From Bacteroidota bacterium (GTDB taxonomy: Bacteria > Bacteroidota > Bacteroidia > Bacteroidales > CAIXZF01), in the NCBI GenBank assembly GCA_026391855.1, contig JAPLDE010000043.1, positions 11,505 to 75,504 of the forward strand: DNA of 64,000 nucleotides, read 5' to 3'. A model generated the notes under the pieces. That model was not told the origin of the DNA and made no database searches. It saw only the letters and a list, made by a program, of their open reading frames with translations. Made by a program: the position numbers and the translations under genes. Position 1 is the stretch's first letter, and each line of letters begins with the position of its first letter. Below, one piece after another: positions 18,186 to 27,174 of the stretch.

Positions 18186-18803
18186 ATGCCGACTAGTAAT
18201 TACATAAGCAATGAAAATGTCAGGACAAAAAATGAACCCATTCAATTGAAAGATTATTTTAACGATCCGGAATCGGCCTGTCATAAGAAACGAATTCCCT
18301 TATGGTTAGTACTGCTTGATAATCTGCCGACATTGGTACTGATCATTCTGGGTGCTCTGATAATATTTCGTCTTTCTACCATTGGAGCAGTGGGATATGT
18401 CATTTATTCATTATTAAGTATTGCCTGGTTCTGGGCAAAAATATGTCCTTTTTGTCATCATTATGGTACTTTTTCCTGTCCCTGCGGGTACGGAATAATT
18501 TCAGCCAGATTATTTAAAAAGCGTGAGGATAAATCATTCAGAAAAGTATTCAAGCAGAATATTGGGGTTGTATTTCCAACCTGGTTTGTGCCTTTTATCA
18601 TTGCTATTTATCTGTTGCTTACCGGATATACCCGGGAAGTACTAATTTTAACAATTACATTCAGTTTAACCGGATTTATTATCATCCCATTAATCTCCCG
18701 GTTTGTAGGATGTAAGAATTGTGATATAAAAGAAGATTGTCCCTGGATGAAGAAGAAAACGGATCAATTAAAAAAGGGACAGGGAATTGAAGTGCCGGTC
18801 TGA
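18186..18803 (+). CDS. polytopic membrane protein with two cysteine clusters, unknown function
   Basis: The 205 aa product has about 4 TM helices and the motifs CPFCHHYGTFSCPCGYG and GCKNCDIKEDCPW. Confidence 0.5.
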   Translation: MPTSNYISNENVRTKNEPIQLKDYFNDPESACHKKRIPLWLVLLDNLPTLVLIILGALIIFRLSTIGAVGYVIYSLLSIAWFWAKICPFCHHYGTFSCPCGYGIISARLFKKREDKSFRKVFKQNIGVVFPTWFVPFIIAIYLLLTGYTREVLILTITFSLTGFIIIPLISRFVGCKNCDIKEDCPWMKKKTDQLKKGQGIEVPV

Positions 18804-18919
18804 TTGTCCCTTTCTAAGGATTCAGGGACTCCATCCCGGGTTGACCTGATCCTGCAACTTTATTCTGAAAGAAAAGGTTTTTTTCATTGGTACTCTGGTA
18901 AACTGGAACACTGAGTTTC

Positions 18920-21601
18920 CTACCAAACAGGCAGCACGCAATTAGCAATTCTTTTCTGAAGCGTTTTTTGGAAATCATCCTGACTTTGGATCATGAGGGC
19001 AGCGTTTTCTTTATGACAGGTGAGGCAGGCGCCAACGGTGAGGATACGGTGTTGTTCTTCGATGCTGAAAGGTCTGATATTCAATCGGGTAGAGGAGATG
19101 TCCTTTCTTTCCTTTAAAAACGGGATCCAGGCATCTTCGGGAAGGCTGTCTGCTTTTTTGGCTGTAAAACGGGGTTCAAATTTCCAGCGGCCGGTTTTTC
19201 CGGTAACCTGGTAGGTGAGTATTCCTCTTCCGTAACCAATAGCCAGGGGATCGTTATGGCAGGATTTGCAGGAGCGGCCTTTTGCCAGGGTGGTATGGCC
19301 CGAAGCAGGGGCATACAGCCGGCGGTTGATGGTTTCAGGTTTACCGGTAAACGAACCTATATCGATACTCATGATCATTCCGGGCGTCATAGTAACGATC
19401 TTTTTCTCCCTGATACCCAACACCGGCTTGTCAGCCAGGAACTTATCCTTGTATTCCACCCAGCTTCCTTGTTCAGGGCGGCCTGTCAGCATGTTATCAC
19501 CCAAGGTTTCTTTTTCATAGGCATTGTGGCAGCCTATACATTGGGGAACCCACTCGGTGTGACAGGCTTCACAGGAAAGCCTGCTGTGGGCTTTCCCCTT
19601 TGTACAGGCAGCCGCCGGGGGTTTCATTTTCATTGTTTTACCAGTGGTTTTTCCCACCATCATCCAGGCACTGTCGCCCGCTAAACAGGTGTTTGACAGT
19701 GGTCTGTTTCCTTTTTCCGTTACGGCCATCTTTCTTTCATCCTCTTTCCAGCCGCGTAAGCCATAAATAAGCTGTGTTTCCCGGTCTGCCTCCCTGAGTT
19801 TTACAGTATTGCCTGTATCTTTACGGTGGCAGTCAATGCATTGTACCATAACAGCCTGCTCTTTGTGCCTGTATGCGTTTCCGTCTCCCATCAGCTCATA
19901 CGAGCCATGGCAGTCGATACAACCCATCCCTTTCTGATAATGGATATCAGAACCTGTATAGCTGAAAACCCGGCCATCCGGGAGAATTTTAAATCCTTTC
20001 AGGTTTTTAACTTCGTTGGGTTTCAGTAATGTTTCATGCCAGCCTTCGTAGCTGGTGGCGATGCGTCCGGAACGGCTGTGACAGCTCATACAGCGGTCGT
20101 TGGTTATGTTTAAGCTTATGGAAGGGTGATAGAGCGGCAGGACTCCTTGTTTTCCCCTTTGTTGTTCAAATTCAGCCCTGGCCTGTTTTTCATAACCCAG
20201 GTGACAGGCATTGCAGCCGCCACCCCTGTCGAGCCAGGCAGTTGGTCCGGGTTTCGTCTTCTCATTGCCGCTATGACATCCCACGCAAAGGTGCTGAAGG
20301 TGTCTGTCGGCCGCCGTGTTCCCAAGGTTGGCCAACCCTGCAACACCATCGGGGGTTTTGTTCTCCCCGAATGCAAAACGGTCGACACTGATCATGCCGG
20401 TAAGGGTAGCCATCAGGCTGCCGGGAATCCGGTCACAGATTCCGGGATGACATCCCGGTGAACCACATGTCATCCGCGCATTTGACAGGTTTCCGGGGAC
20501 CATTTCCATATGCCTGTGGGCCTGTGTTTTATCAAGGGTGAACGGATCTCCCCGGTGACAACTGAAACAACCGGTCTGATGCACATTATGGGATTCTGTA
20601 AGACCTTTCATCCCTCCATGACAAGCCACACAACCTTCCGCCCTTCCCAGAACGACGAAAACAGGTTTAACCGGGGTGTGAAAGGTAAGAGGTTTCCATC
20701 TCAGGGCGGTTTTCAGATGATAAGAGTGCTCCCATGGCCATTGCCACTTCCAGTTTTCTCCCCTGAAAAAGAAGGCAACAAGGGTAAGAATCAGGTAAAC
20801 GAATAAAAAACAAAACAGCAGGTACTTAACGACTTTTCTGATTGAAGGCCGGAACAGAGGGAGAAGAAAAATCACCGCAAGTACCAGAAAGGAAAAAACA
20901 AGCAGGTAAACAGGATGGCTGAAAAAATGCAGCATTTCCTGGAAACCGACAAAATACCAGGGCCCTTTTAAGATATTCTCATCCATGGTGGAGAGAGGTG
21001 CCCGGAAGAAGAAGCTTAGCAGCCCGATCATGAATAAGGTAATAAGGAGTGTTTTCAGACTTCCCCAAATCGTCCGTGCATGGTCATATATAACGATCAC
21101 CAACAGAAGCGTGGCTGTCGAAAGGTGATGAATATAAACCGGCTGGAAGTTTTTCTCATTTCCCATGAATGTCTGCTGTAATATTCTACCGCCAACAGGA
21201 AGTGATTCAAGCAATCCCGCCAGTATTCGTCTTGCCTGCAGGCTGTCGGGATCGGCTTTCAGGATAAACCCTGAAATCATGGCATATGCCGTAACAAGCA
21301 GCGAAAGGGTCACTCCCAGCCAGGTATAGCGGCTTTTTATGTTGTCTTCCGTAGATTGTTTCAGATGATCAACCAGGTGGATAAGGGTAAATACCAGGAA
21401 AAGCTGGGCACTCCAGTAATGCATGTTACGTATCAGTGAGGCATAGGGATTGGCTGTTACCATCAGGGTTACAGACAAGTAGGGAAGGCTAATATCATAA
21501 GGGATGGCCAGGAAAATGCCGGACAGTATGCACAAAAGCAGGGCTGCCGTGGCAATCCGGCCATAGGTATCAAAAAGAAGCAACCTCAGACAGTTCTTCA
21601 C
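18920..21601 (-). CDS. cytochrome b (b6 + subunit IV-like, complete) fused to a multihaem (11-12 haem) c-type cytochrome domain
   Basis: The N-terminal ~290 aa carry His61-x13-His75 (IRNMHYWSAQLFLVFTLIH), His159-x14-His174 and GPWYFVGFQEML at the PEWY position, followed by 3 more TM helices. The C-terminal ~570 aa carry 11 CxxCH motifs (CVACH, CFSCH, CVGCH, CNACH, CMSCH, CIDCH x2, CEACH, CIGCH, CKSCH, CLTCH) plus CGSPGCH. Confidence 0.85.
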   Translation of the reverse strand: MKNCLRLLLFDTYGRIATAALLLCILSGIFLAIPYDISLPYLSVTLMVTANPYASLIRNMHYWSAQLFLVFTLIHLVDHLKQSTEDNIKSRYTWLGVTLSLLVTAYAMISGFILKADPDSLQARRILAGLLESLPVGGRILQQTFMGNEKNFQPVYIHHLSTATLLLVIVIYDHARTIWGSLKTLLITLFMIGLLSFFFRAPLSTMDENILKGPWYFVGFQEMLHFFSHPVYLLVFSFLVLAVIFLLPLFRPSIRKVVKYLLFCFLFVYLILTLVAFFFRGENWKWQWPWEHSYHLKTALRWKPLTFHTPVKPVFVVLGRAEGCVACHGGMKGLTESHNVHQTGCFSCHRGDPFTLDKTQAHRHMEMVPGNLSNARMTCGSPGCHPGICDRIPGSLMATLTGMISVDRFAFGENKTPDGVAGLANLGNTAADRHLQHLCVGCHSGNEKTKPGPTAWLDRGGGCNACHLGYEKQARAEFEQQRGKQGVLPLYHPSISLNITNDRCMSCHSRSGRIATSYEGWHETLLKPNEVKNLKGFKILPDGRVFSYTGSDIHYQKGMGCIDCHGSYELMGDGNAYRHKEQAVMVQCIDCHRKDTGNTVKLREADRETQLIYGLRGWKEDERKMAVTEKGNRPLSNTCLAGDSAWMMVGKTTGKTMKMKPPAAACTKGKAHSRLSCEACHTEWVPQCIGCHNAYEKETLGDNMLTGRPEQGSWVEYKDKFLADKPVLGIREKKIVTMTPGMIMSIDIGSFTGKPETINRRLYAPASGHTTLAKGRSCKSCHNDPLAIGYGRGILTYQVTGKTGRWKFEPRFTAKKADSLPEDAWIPFLKERKDISSTRLNIRPFSIEEQHRILTVGACLTCHKENAALMIQSQDDFQKTLQKRIANCVLPVW

Positions 21602-21686
21602 CTTCGGAATTTACAGGGTAAAAATAGACAGGATTCCCATTGATCCTGAAAGAAAACAGCCGCAAATCTGAATATGGTTTACCAAA

Positions 21687-22076
21687 TTAGATTTTAACGG
21701 TAATGGTACCGGTTATTTGATCAAGGGAGAAGGGAAGGGGATGTAAGGATTCAAACGCAGGTCCTTTCAGCACCTTACCGGTAGTGGCATCGTAGCGGGA
21801 ACCATGGCACGGACAAAGCAGGATGTTGTTTTCCGACCGGGTGATCCGGCAGCCGGCGTGGGTGCAACGGCTGGAAAAAACCATCGTTTTACCGGGATTT
21901 CTGACAATGATCACCTCATCAAACAGGTTGATCCCGTCTGCCAGGTTCCTGAACTTTTTTTGAGAGACGCTGGCTGTCAGGTACTTATCCTGGGTTAATA
22001 TCATCCTACTCCACAACCAGCTAAGCGGAAGCAGCGAAGATACTCCTAAGATCCTGAGAAATGCCTGTCTGTTCAT
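21687..22076 (-). CDS. Rieske [2Fe-2S] protein
   Basis: CTHAGC and CPCHGS boxes are present, including the disulfide cysteines typical of bc-type Rieske proteins. There is an N-terminal anchor/signal ([16 protein letters not shown]). Confidence 0.9.
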   Translation of the reverse strand: MNRQAFLRILGVSSLLPLSWLWSRMILTQDKYLTASVSQKKFRNLADGINLFDEVIIVRNPGKTMVFSSRCTHAGCRITRSENNILLCPCHGSRYDATTGKVLKGPAFESLHPLPFSLDQITGTITVKI

Positions 22077-22093
22077 GAAGGTTCAAACCTGGT

Positions 22094-22101
22094 CAAAACT
22101 A
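22094..22101 (-). promoter_or_regulatory. candidate -7 box (TAGTTTTG on the minus strand) for the Rieske/cyt b operon
   Basis: caaaacta on the plus strand is TAnnTTTG on the minus strand. It lies 59.5 nt from the centre of the TGTGA-N6-TCACA site. Confidence 0.35.
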
Positions 22102-22120
22102 AGTAAAATTGAAGATGGCA

Positions 22121-22138
22121 ATGACAAAATTCTGTCAT
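22121..22138. promoter_or_regulatory. inverted repeat ATGACA-N6-TGTCAT
   Basis: Read directly (atgacaaaattctgtcat). It is a candidate operator in the divergent promoter region. Confidence 0.35.
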
Positions 22139-22145
22139 ATTATTT

Positions 22146-22161
22146 TGTGACGGAAATCACA
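22146..22161. promoter_or_regulatory. perfect CRP-type site TGTGACGGAAATCACA
   Basis: Read directly. It lies between the divergent Rieske (22076) and molybdoenzyme (22252) starts. An extra half-site, TGTGATAATT, lies at 22168-22177. Confidence 0.65.
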
Positions 22162-22204
22162 ATATTGTGTGATAATTTTGGATAATGGACATTTTTTATT
22201 ATTA

Positions 22205-22232
22205 TATCTTTGTTTTGATAAGTAATTATCAA
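22205..22232 (+). promoter_or_regulatory. candidate -7 box TATCTTTG followed by palindrome TTGATAAgtaaTTATCAA
   Basis: The TAnnTTTG box is at 22205-22212, 58.5 nt from the CRP-type site centre. A 7-N4-7 inverted repeat lies at 22215-22232, just upstream of the ATG at 22252. Confidence 0.4.
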
Positions 22233-22251
22233 TCTTGTTAAGGATTTCGAT

Positions 22252-24498
22252 ATGAGTTCAAGGAGAGATTTTATTAAGATATCCGCGCTTGGAGTAGGAT
22301 CGACCACTGTGCTGGCGTCTGCAGCCAGGTTCGGTTTTGGATCACCACTGGAGGATATCCTGGGTTTGCCGAAGGATGAATTTCCCTCGTTTAAGCGTTA
22401 CCCGACTTATTGTGAGGTGTGTTTCTGGAAATGTGCCGGTTGGACTCATGTCGACATGGACGGCAGAATCAGGAAGATCACCGGCAACATTGAAGATCCT
22501 CAATGTAACGGGAGGTTATGCCCGAGAGGAACCGGAGGGGTAGGGATGTACAATGACAAGGACCGGCTGAAGAAGCCCCTGATCAGGGTGAGCAGGAATG
22601 GTGAACAAACCTACCGGGAGGCCAGCTGGGACGAAGCCCTTGATCTTGTCGCCGGAAAAATGAAAACACTGGCCAAAAAATATGGACCGGAAAGCATGGC
22701 TTTATTTAATCATGGATCGTCCGGTCATTACTTCACCCATTTATTGAATGCCTTTGGCTCCGGCAATATTGCCGCTCCGTCTTATGCCCAGTGTCGCGGA
22801 CCGAGGGAAGTAGGGTTTGAGACCACTTTCGGGGATTCTGTCGGAAGCCCTGAAGTTACCGATATCAGGGATACCCGCTGCCTGGTATTGATCGGTTCCC
22901 ATATCGGGGAGAACATGCATAACGGGCAGGTGCAGGAAATGTCTGATGCCATTGACAAAGGAGCTGTCATTATCACCGTTGATCCCCGCTTATCGACAGC
23001 AGCCAGCAAATCCAAGTTCTGGCTGCCCATCAAACCGGCCACGGATATTGCACTATTGTTGTCGTGGATCCATGTGCTGATCTATGACAATTTATACAAC
23101 AAGGCTTATGTTGAAAAATATACAGAAGGTTTCAGCCAGCTGAAGGATCATGTAAAGGACATGACACCGGAATGGGCCTATGGGATCACGACCATTGCAC
23201 CGGATGTCATCCGGGCAACGGCCCGTGAAATGGCCGATGCAGCCCCGTCGGTGATCGTTCATCCGGGTCGTCATGTGACCTGGTATGGGGATGATGTTCA
23301 GCGAAGCCGTGCCATCGCCATCCTGAATGCCTTGCTCGGTTCATGGGGACAGCGGGGTGGTTTCTTTTTCAGGGAAGGATTTAAACTTCCCGACTATCCC
23401 TGTCCGTCTTATCCAACACCTTCATGGTCGTGGAAAGAAACCCTGAACGGAAGGTACCCCCTGGCAAAGATGGCTGTGACCAATGCTTTTGTTGAATCGT
23501 CTATCCCTGAAACCGGAAAGGAACACATCATCAGGGGTTGGATAGTGTCAGGCACCAACCTGACCATCGCCATGCCCCTGAAGGAGTCGCTGATGAGGGC
23601 TGTACAATCGCTTGAATTACTGGTGGTTGTTGACACTATGCCCATGGAGATAACCGGTTTTGCCGATGTGGTCTTTCCGGAGTGCACCTACCTCGAACGG
23701 TATGACGATCTTCGCGATTCCCCTCATCGTGAACCTACCATCGCCTTAAGGATGCCTGCTGCTGAGCCTTCCTACGAGACCAAACCGGCATGGTGGATAG
23801 CCAGGCAGCTGGGTCTGAAACTCGGGTTAGACGCCTGGTTCAACTATAAAGACTATAAGGAAGTTCTCGACTGGCAGTTGCGCCAGGTAGGTTCATCACT
23901 GGAAGAAATGGAGAAAGTGGGTGTTAAAAGACTAAAACGGACGAAAGGGCCTTTATATATCGGAGAAGGAGAGGATTACTCTTTCAGGACACCCTCCGGT
24001 AAGATACAGCTATGGTCGAAAGAGCTGGCTGACGCCGGATTTGATGCCATCCCTTCATACACACCTCACCCTGAGCCTCCCGACGGATATTACCGCCTGA
24101 TATACGGAAGAGCTCCCATGCATACTTTCAGCCGTACGGCCAACAACCCCAACCTGGTGGCCCTGATGCCGGAAAATTCGGTGTGGGTCAACCCTAAGGT
24201 GGCTAAATTATGGGGACTGATCAAGGATCAGAAAGTATGGCTAAAAAACCAGGACGGAGTGATTTCCACCTTCCCCATTAAGGTCAGGATCACCGAAAGG
24301 ATAAGATGGGATTCGGTGTATATGGTCCATGGCTTCGGTCATCATCATAAACCATTGACCAATGCTTACGGCAGGGGAGTGAATGATACGGAAATGATCA
24401 CCCGGGTGATGACCGACCCGGTGATGGGTGGAACGGGTATGAGAGGAAACTTTATCACCTTTATTAAAGAAGATCCGCGAAAGGAGGCAATATCATGA
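22252..24498 (+). CDS. molybdopterin oxidoreductase catalytic subunit, PsrA/PhsA/SrrA-like, Tat-exported
   Basis: The signal SSRRDFIKISALGVG is twin-arginine type. The N-terminal FeS motif is CEVCFWKCAGW...CPRG. A Cys-containing AQCRGP segment is a possible Mo ligand. The length is 748 aa and the gene is followed by PsrB- and PsrC-type subunits. Confidence 0.85.
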   Translation: MSSRRDFIKISALGVGSTTVLASAARFGFGSPLEDILGLPKDEFPSFKRYPTYCEVCFWKCAGWTHVDMDGRIRKITGNIEDPQCNGRLCPRGTGGVGMYNDKDRLKKPLIRVSRNGEQTYREASWDEALDLVAGKMKTLAKKYGPESMALFNHGSSGHYFTHLLNAFGSGNIAAPSYAQCRGPREVGFETTFGDSVGSPEVTDIRDTRCLVLIGSHIGENMHNGQVQEMSDAIDKGAVIITVDPRLSTAASKSKFWLPIKPATDIALLLSWIHVLIYDNLYNKAYVEKYTEGFSQLKDHVKDMTPEWAYGITTIAPDVIRATAREMADAAPSVIVHPGRHVTWYGDDVQRSRAIAILNALLGSWGQRGGFFFREGFKLPDYPCPSYPTPSWSWKETLNGRYPLAKMAVTNAFVESSIPETGKEHIIRGWIVSGTNLTIAMPLKESLMRAVQSLELLVVVDTMPMEITGFADVVFPECTYLERYDDLRDSPHREPTIALRMPAAEPSYETKPAWWIARQLGLKLGLDAWFNYKDYKEVLDWQLRQVGSSLEEMEKVGVKRLKRTKGPLYIGEGEDYSFRTPSGKIQLWSKELADAGFDAIPSYTPHPEPPDGYYRLIYGRAPMHTFSRTANNPNLVALMPENSVWVNPKVAKLWGLIKDQKVWLKNQDGVISTFPIKVRITERIRWDSVYMVHGFGHHHKPLTNAYGRGVNDTEMITRVMTDPVMGGTGMRGNFITFIKEDPRKEAIS

Positions 24499-25028
24499 GA
24501 TATGCAATGGCTATCGATACAAGGAAGTGCGTGGGTTGCAGCGACTGTGTAGTGGCTTGCCAGACGGAGAATGATGTTCCCATCGGTTTTTGCCGTGACT
24601 GGGTGAGTGAGACGGTTGATGGCAGCTACCCCAATACCGTGATCGAATTGCGGTCGGAACGATGCAACCATTGTGAGTATGCACCTTGTGTCCGCTGCTG
24701 CCCTACCCATGCCAGTCATTACGAGGAAGGCGGTATCGTTGTAGTAACCCACCACAAATGCATCGGGTGCGGAGCCTGTATCCAGTCCTGTCCTTACGAA
24801 GCCCGCTATTCCCACCCCGAAGGATGGGTTGATAAGTGTACGTTTTGTATCCACCGGGTCAGAAAGGGGGAACAACCTGCGTGTGCAGCTGTATGCCCTA
24901 CCAAATGCATCTGTTTTGGTGACCTGGAGGATCCGAATTCAGAGGTTACCAATGTTCTTAAGAACAGAAAATACAAAGTGCTGGCCCCTGAAGCAGGCAC
25001 GAGACCCCAGATATTTTATCTTGTATAA
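24495..25028 (+). CDS. 4Fe-4S ferredoxin-type electron transfer subunit (PsrB/NrfC/DmsB-like)
   Basis: It has several CxxCxxCxxxCP-type motifs (CVGCSDCVVAC, CNHCEYAPCVRCCP, CIGCGACIQSCP, CTFC...C..VCP). It shows ATGA overlap with the catalytic subunit gene. Confidence 0.9.
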   Translation: MRYAMAIDTRKCVGCSDCVVACQTENDVPIGFCRDWVSETVDGSYPNTVIELRSERCNHCEYAPCVRCCPTHASHYEEGGIVVVTHHKCIGCGACIQSCPYEARYSHPEGWVDKCTFCIHRVRKGEQPACAAVCPTKCICFGDLEDPNSEVTNVLKNRKYKVLAPEAGTRPQIFYLV

Positions 25029-25052
25029 AACCAGTAACCAATAAGTTACATT

Positions 25053-25994
25053 ATGAAAGAAGAATTATTTGTCAGCGGAAGAAATATACCGGATATCGAT
25101 CCCTTTCTGAATATCTGGCATTGGCAGATTCCGCTGTATCTTTTCCTGGGCGGGCTGGCTGCCGGCATCCTTTTCTTTGCCGGTTTGTTTACTTTACTGG
25201 GAAAGGACAAGGAAATGCCGGCCACCGTTAAATGGGCTACGCTGATTACTCCTTTAGCCCTGATCCTTGGTCTTTTCTTTCTTTTCCTCGACCTCAAACA
25301 CAAATCTTACTTCTGGCAGCTTTACACGACCATGCGCTTCGAATCACCCATGTCGTGGGGTGCCTGGGTATTGCTGGCCATCACTCCTCTGTCAATGGTC
25401 TGGGTGGGAAGCTATATGAAAGAGATGTTTCCCGGCTGGTCATGGAAACTGGCCTTACTCGACAGGTTTGAGGCCTGGACCATTCGTTACCGGTTTTACC
25501 TGGCCTGGGTAATCGTCGTATTGTCGGTGGTGCTGGGCATTTATACCGGTATCCTTTTATCGGCCTTTAACGCCCGGCCATTGTGGAACAATTCCATTCT
25601 CGGTCCGTTGTTCCTGGTATCCGGAATGTCGACCGGTGCTGCCGTGATCATCCTGATGAGTAAGAGTCATTATGAGAAAACGATCATGTCGCGGATAGAT
25701 CTGTTGCTGATCGTGATTGAGATTTTTTTCATCTTCCACATGATCATGGGTTTCAGGGCGGGATCAGCAGTACAGATCGCAGCGGCCAACCTGTTTGTAG
25801 GCGGACCGTTTACCATCAATTTCTGGGTTTTTGTTGTTTTACTCGGGTTATTGTTCCCGGCTCTGCTGGAGACCCTGGAGTTGAGGGGTTTCCGCGTTCC
25901 GGCCGTCGTTCCGGCCATTCTCATCCTGATGGGCGGGTTTATGTTCCGCTTCATCATGGTTGAGGCCGGACAGATCACCAGGTATTTATATTGA
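25053..25994 (+). CDS. NrfD/PsrC-family integral membrane quinol-interacting subunit
   Basis: The 313 aa product has about 8 TM helices and occupies the third position of a Mo/FeS/membrane operon. Confidence 0.8.
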   Translation: MKEELFVSGRNIPDIDPFLNIWHWQIPLYLFLGGLAAGILFFAGLFTLLGKDKEMPATVKWATLITPLALILGLFFLFLDLKHKSYFWQLYTTMRFESPMSWGAWVLLAITPLSMVWVGSYMKEMFPGWSWKLALLDRFEAWTIRYRFYLAWVIVVLSVVLGIYTGILLSAFNARPLWNNSILGPLFLVSGMSTGAAVIILMSKSHYEKTIMSRIDLLLIVIEIFFIFHMIMGFRAGSAVQIAAANLFVGGPFTINFWVFVVLLGLLFPALLETLELRGFRVPAVVPAILILMGGFMFRFIMVEAGQITRYLY

Positions 25995-26014
25995 TCATCA
26001 TATATATTAAAAAA

Positions 26015-26557
26015 ATGGAAAAATCAGAAGAAAAGCCGGGTTGGCGGAAAGGTAACTTTTACGTGAATCCATACCTGGGAGGGCTGATGCTAGGATTGGT
26101 ACTGCTGGCAACTTTTTACATTACCGGCAGGGGACTGGGTGCCAGCGGTGCCGTGAAGAACACAGTGGTTACCACCGTGCATACCCTGGCACCGGCGCAT
26201 GCCGAATCCTCTCATTACTATAGTAAATTCCTCAGTACCAATACACAACCCATGAACAACTGGTTGGTTTTTGAGGTGTTGGGCGTACTGGCCGGGGCAT
26301 TCCTGTCGGGTTTAATATATAACAGGCTGAATTTCAGGATAGAACATTCACCAAAGATCACTTCCCGCCGTCGGCTTATTTTCGCTTTTGCCGGTGGAAT
26401 GTTGTTTGGATTCGGCTCGCAGCTGGCCAGGGGATGCACCAGTGGTGCCGCCCTGAGCGGAATGGCCGTACTGTCGGCTGCAGGTTTTATTACCATGATG
26501 GCGATCTTCGGAACAGCCTACGTTTTTGCTTACATTCTCAGAAAGAACTGGATCTAA
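26015..26557 (+). CDS. YeeE/YedE-family sulfur (thiosulfate/selenium)-compound transporter component, half 1
   Basis: The polytopic product carries the conserved GFGSQLARGCTSGAALSG cysteine motif. Start is chosen at MEKSEE. Confidence 0.8.
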   Translation: MEKSEEKPGWRKGNFYVNPYLGGLMLGLVLLATFYITGRGLGASGAVKNTVVTTVHTLAPAHAESSHYYSKFLSTNTQPMNNWLVFEVLGVLAGAFLSGLIYNRLNFRIEHSPKITSRRRLIFAFAGGMLFGFGSQLARGCTSGAALSGMAVLSAAGFITMMAIFGTAYVFAYILRKNWI

Positions 26558-26569
26558 AAAAATATCATT

Positions 26570-27163
26570 ATGACTGGACCATTGATTCCTTTAGGATATA
26601 TCCCCGAAGCATGGAATAACGTTTTTGCTGTTTTGCTGGGTATGGGATTCGGGTTTACCCTCGAATCCTCCGGGTTCTCTTCTTCCAGGAAGATCATGGG
26701 AACCTTTTACGGCTATGACTTCGTTGTGCTGAAAGTGTTCTTTACCGCAGCCATTACAGCGGTTGTAGGGCTTCTGTATCTCGATCAGATTGGCTGGGCT
26801 GACTTTTCAGCCATGTACGTATTGCCGACCTACATGGCTGCAGCCATCACCGGGGGAGTGATCATGGGAATGGGATTTGCTATGGGTGGCTATTGCCCGG
26901 GAACAAGTTTTTGTGCTGTTGCCATAGGGAAAATTGATGCCCTGCTTTTCTCAGCCGGTCTACTGGTTGGAATCTTCATCTTTTCAGAAGCCTTCCCGCT
27001 GATGGAAAAAATATATGAAAGCGGAAACCTGGGTGCGCTCCGGGTAAATGAAGCCCTGGGAATATCTGCCGGGTTGTTCACCTTTCTTCTCATACTCATA
27101 GCCCTCGGTATGTTCTGGGTCGCCACCATTGTACAAGGTAAGGTGAAAAAGGTTGAATATTAA
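26570..27163 (+). CDS. YeeE/YedE-family transporter component, half 2
   Basis: The polytopic product carries GFAMGGYCPGTSFCA. It is adjacent to half 1, as in split YeeE/YedE pairs. Confidence 0.8.
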   Translation: MTGPLIPLGYIPEAWNNVFAVLLGMGFGFTLESSGFSSSRKIMGTFYGYDFVVLKVFFTAAITAVVGLLYLDQIGWADFSAMYVLPTYMAAAITGGVIMGMGFAMGGYCPGTSFCAVAIGKIDALLFSAGLLVGIFIFSEAFPLMEKIYESGNLGALRVNEALGISAGLFTFLLILIALGMFWVATIVQGKVKKVEY

Positions 27164-27174
27164 GCACTTATCCT

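Noticed and set aside
22215-22232. A canonical FNR box (TTGAT-N4-ATCAA).
   Set aside because: The half-sites TTGAT/ATCAA are separated by 8 nt, not 4. It is better described as TTGATAA-N4-TTATCAA. It is kept only as an unassigned palindrome, and the regulator's helix predicts TGTGA specificity instead.
22252-24498. Selenocysteine (in-frame TGA) in the molybdoenzyme catalytic subunit.
   Set aside because: The ORF is uninterrupted, with Cys (AQCRGP) at the plausible ligand position. No in-frame TGA or SECIS-like hairpin was noticed.
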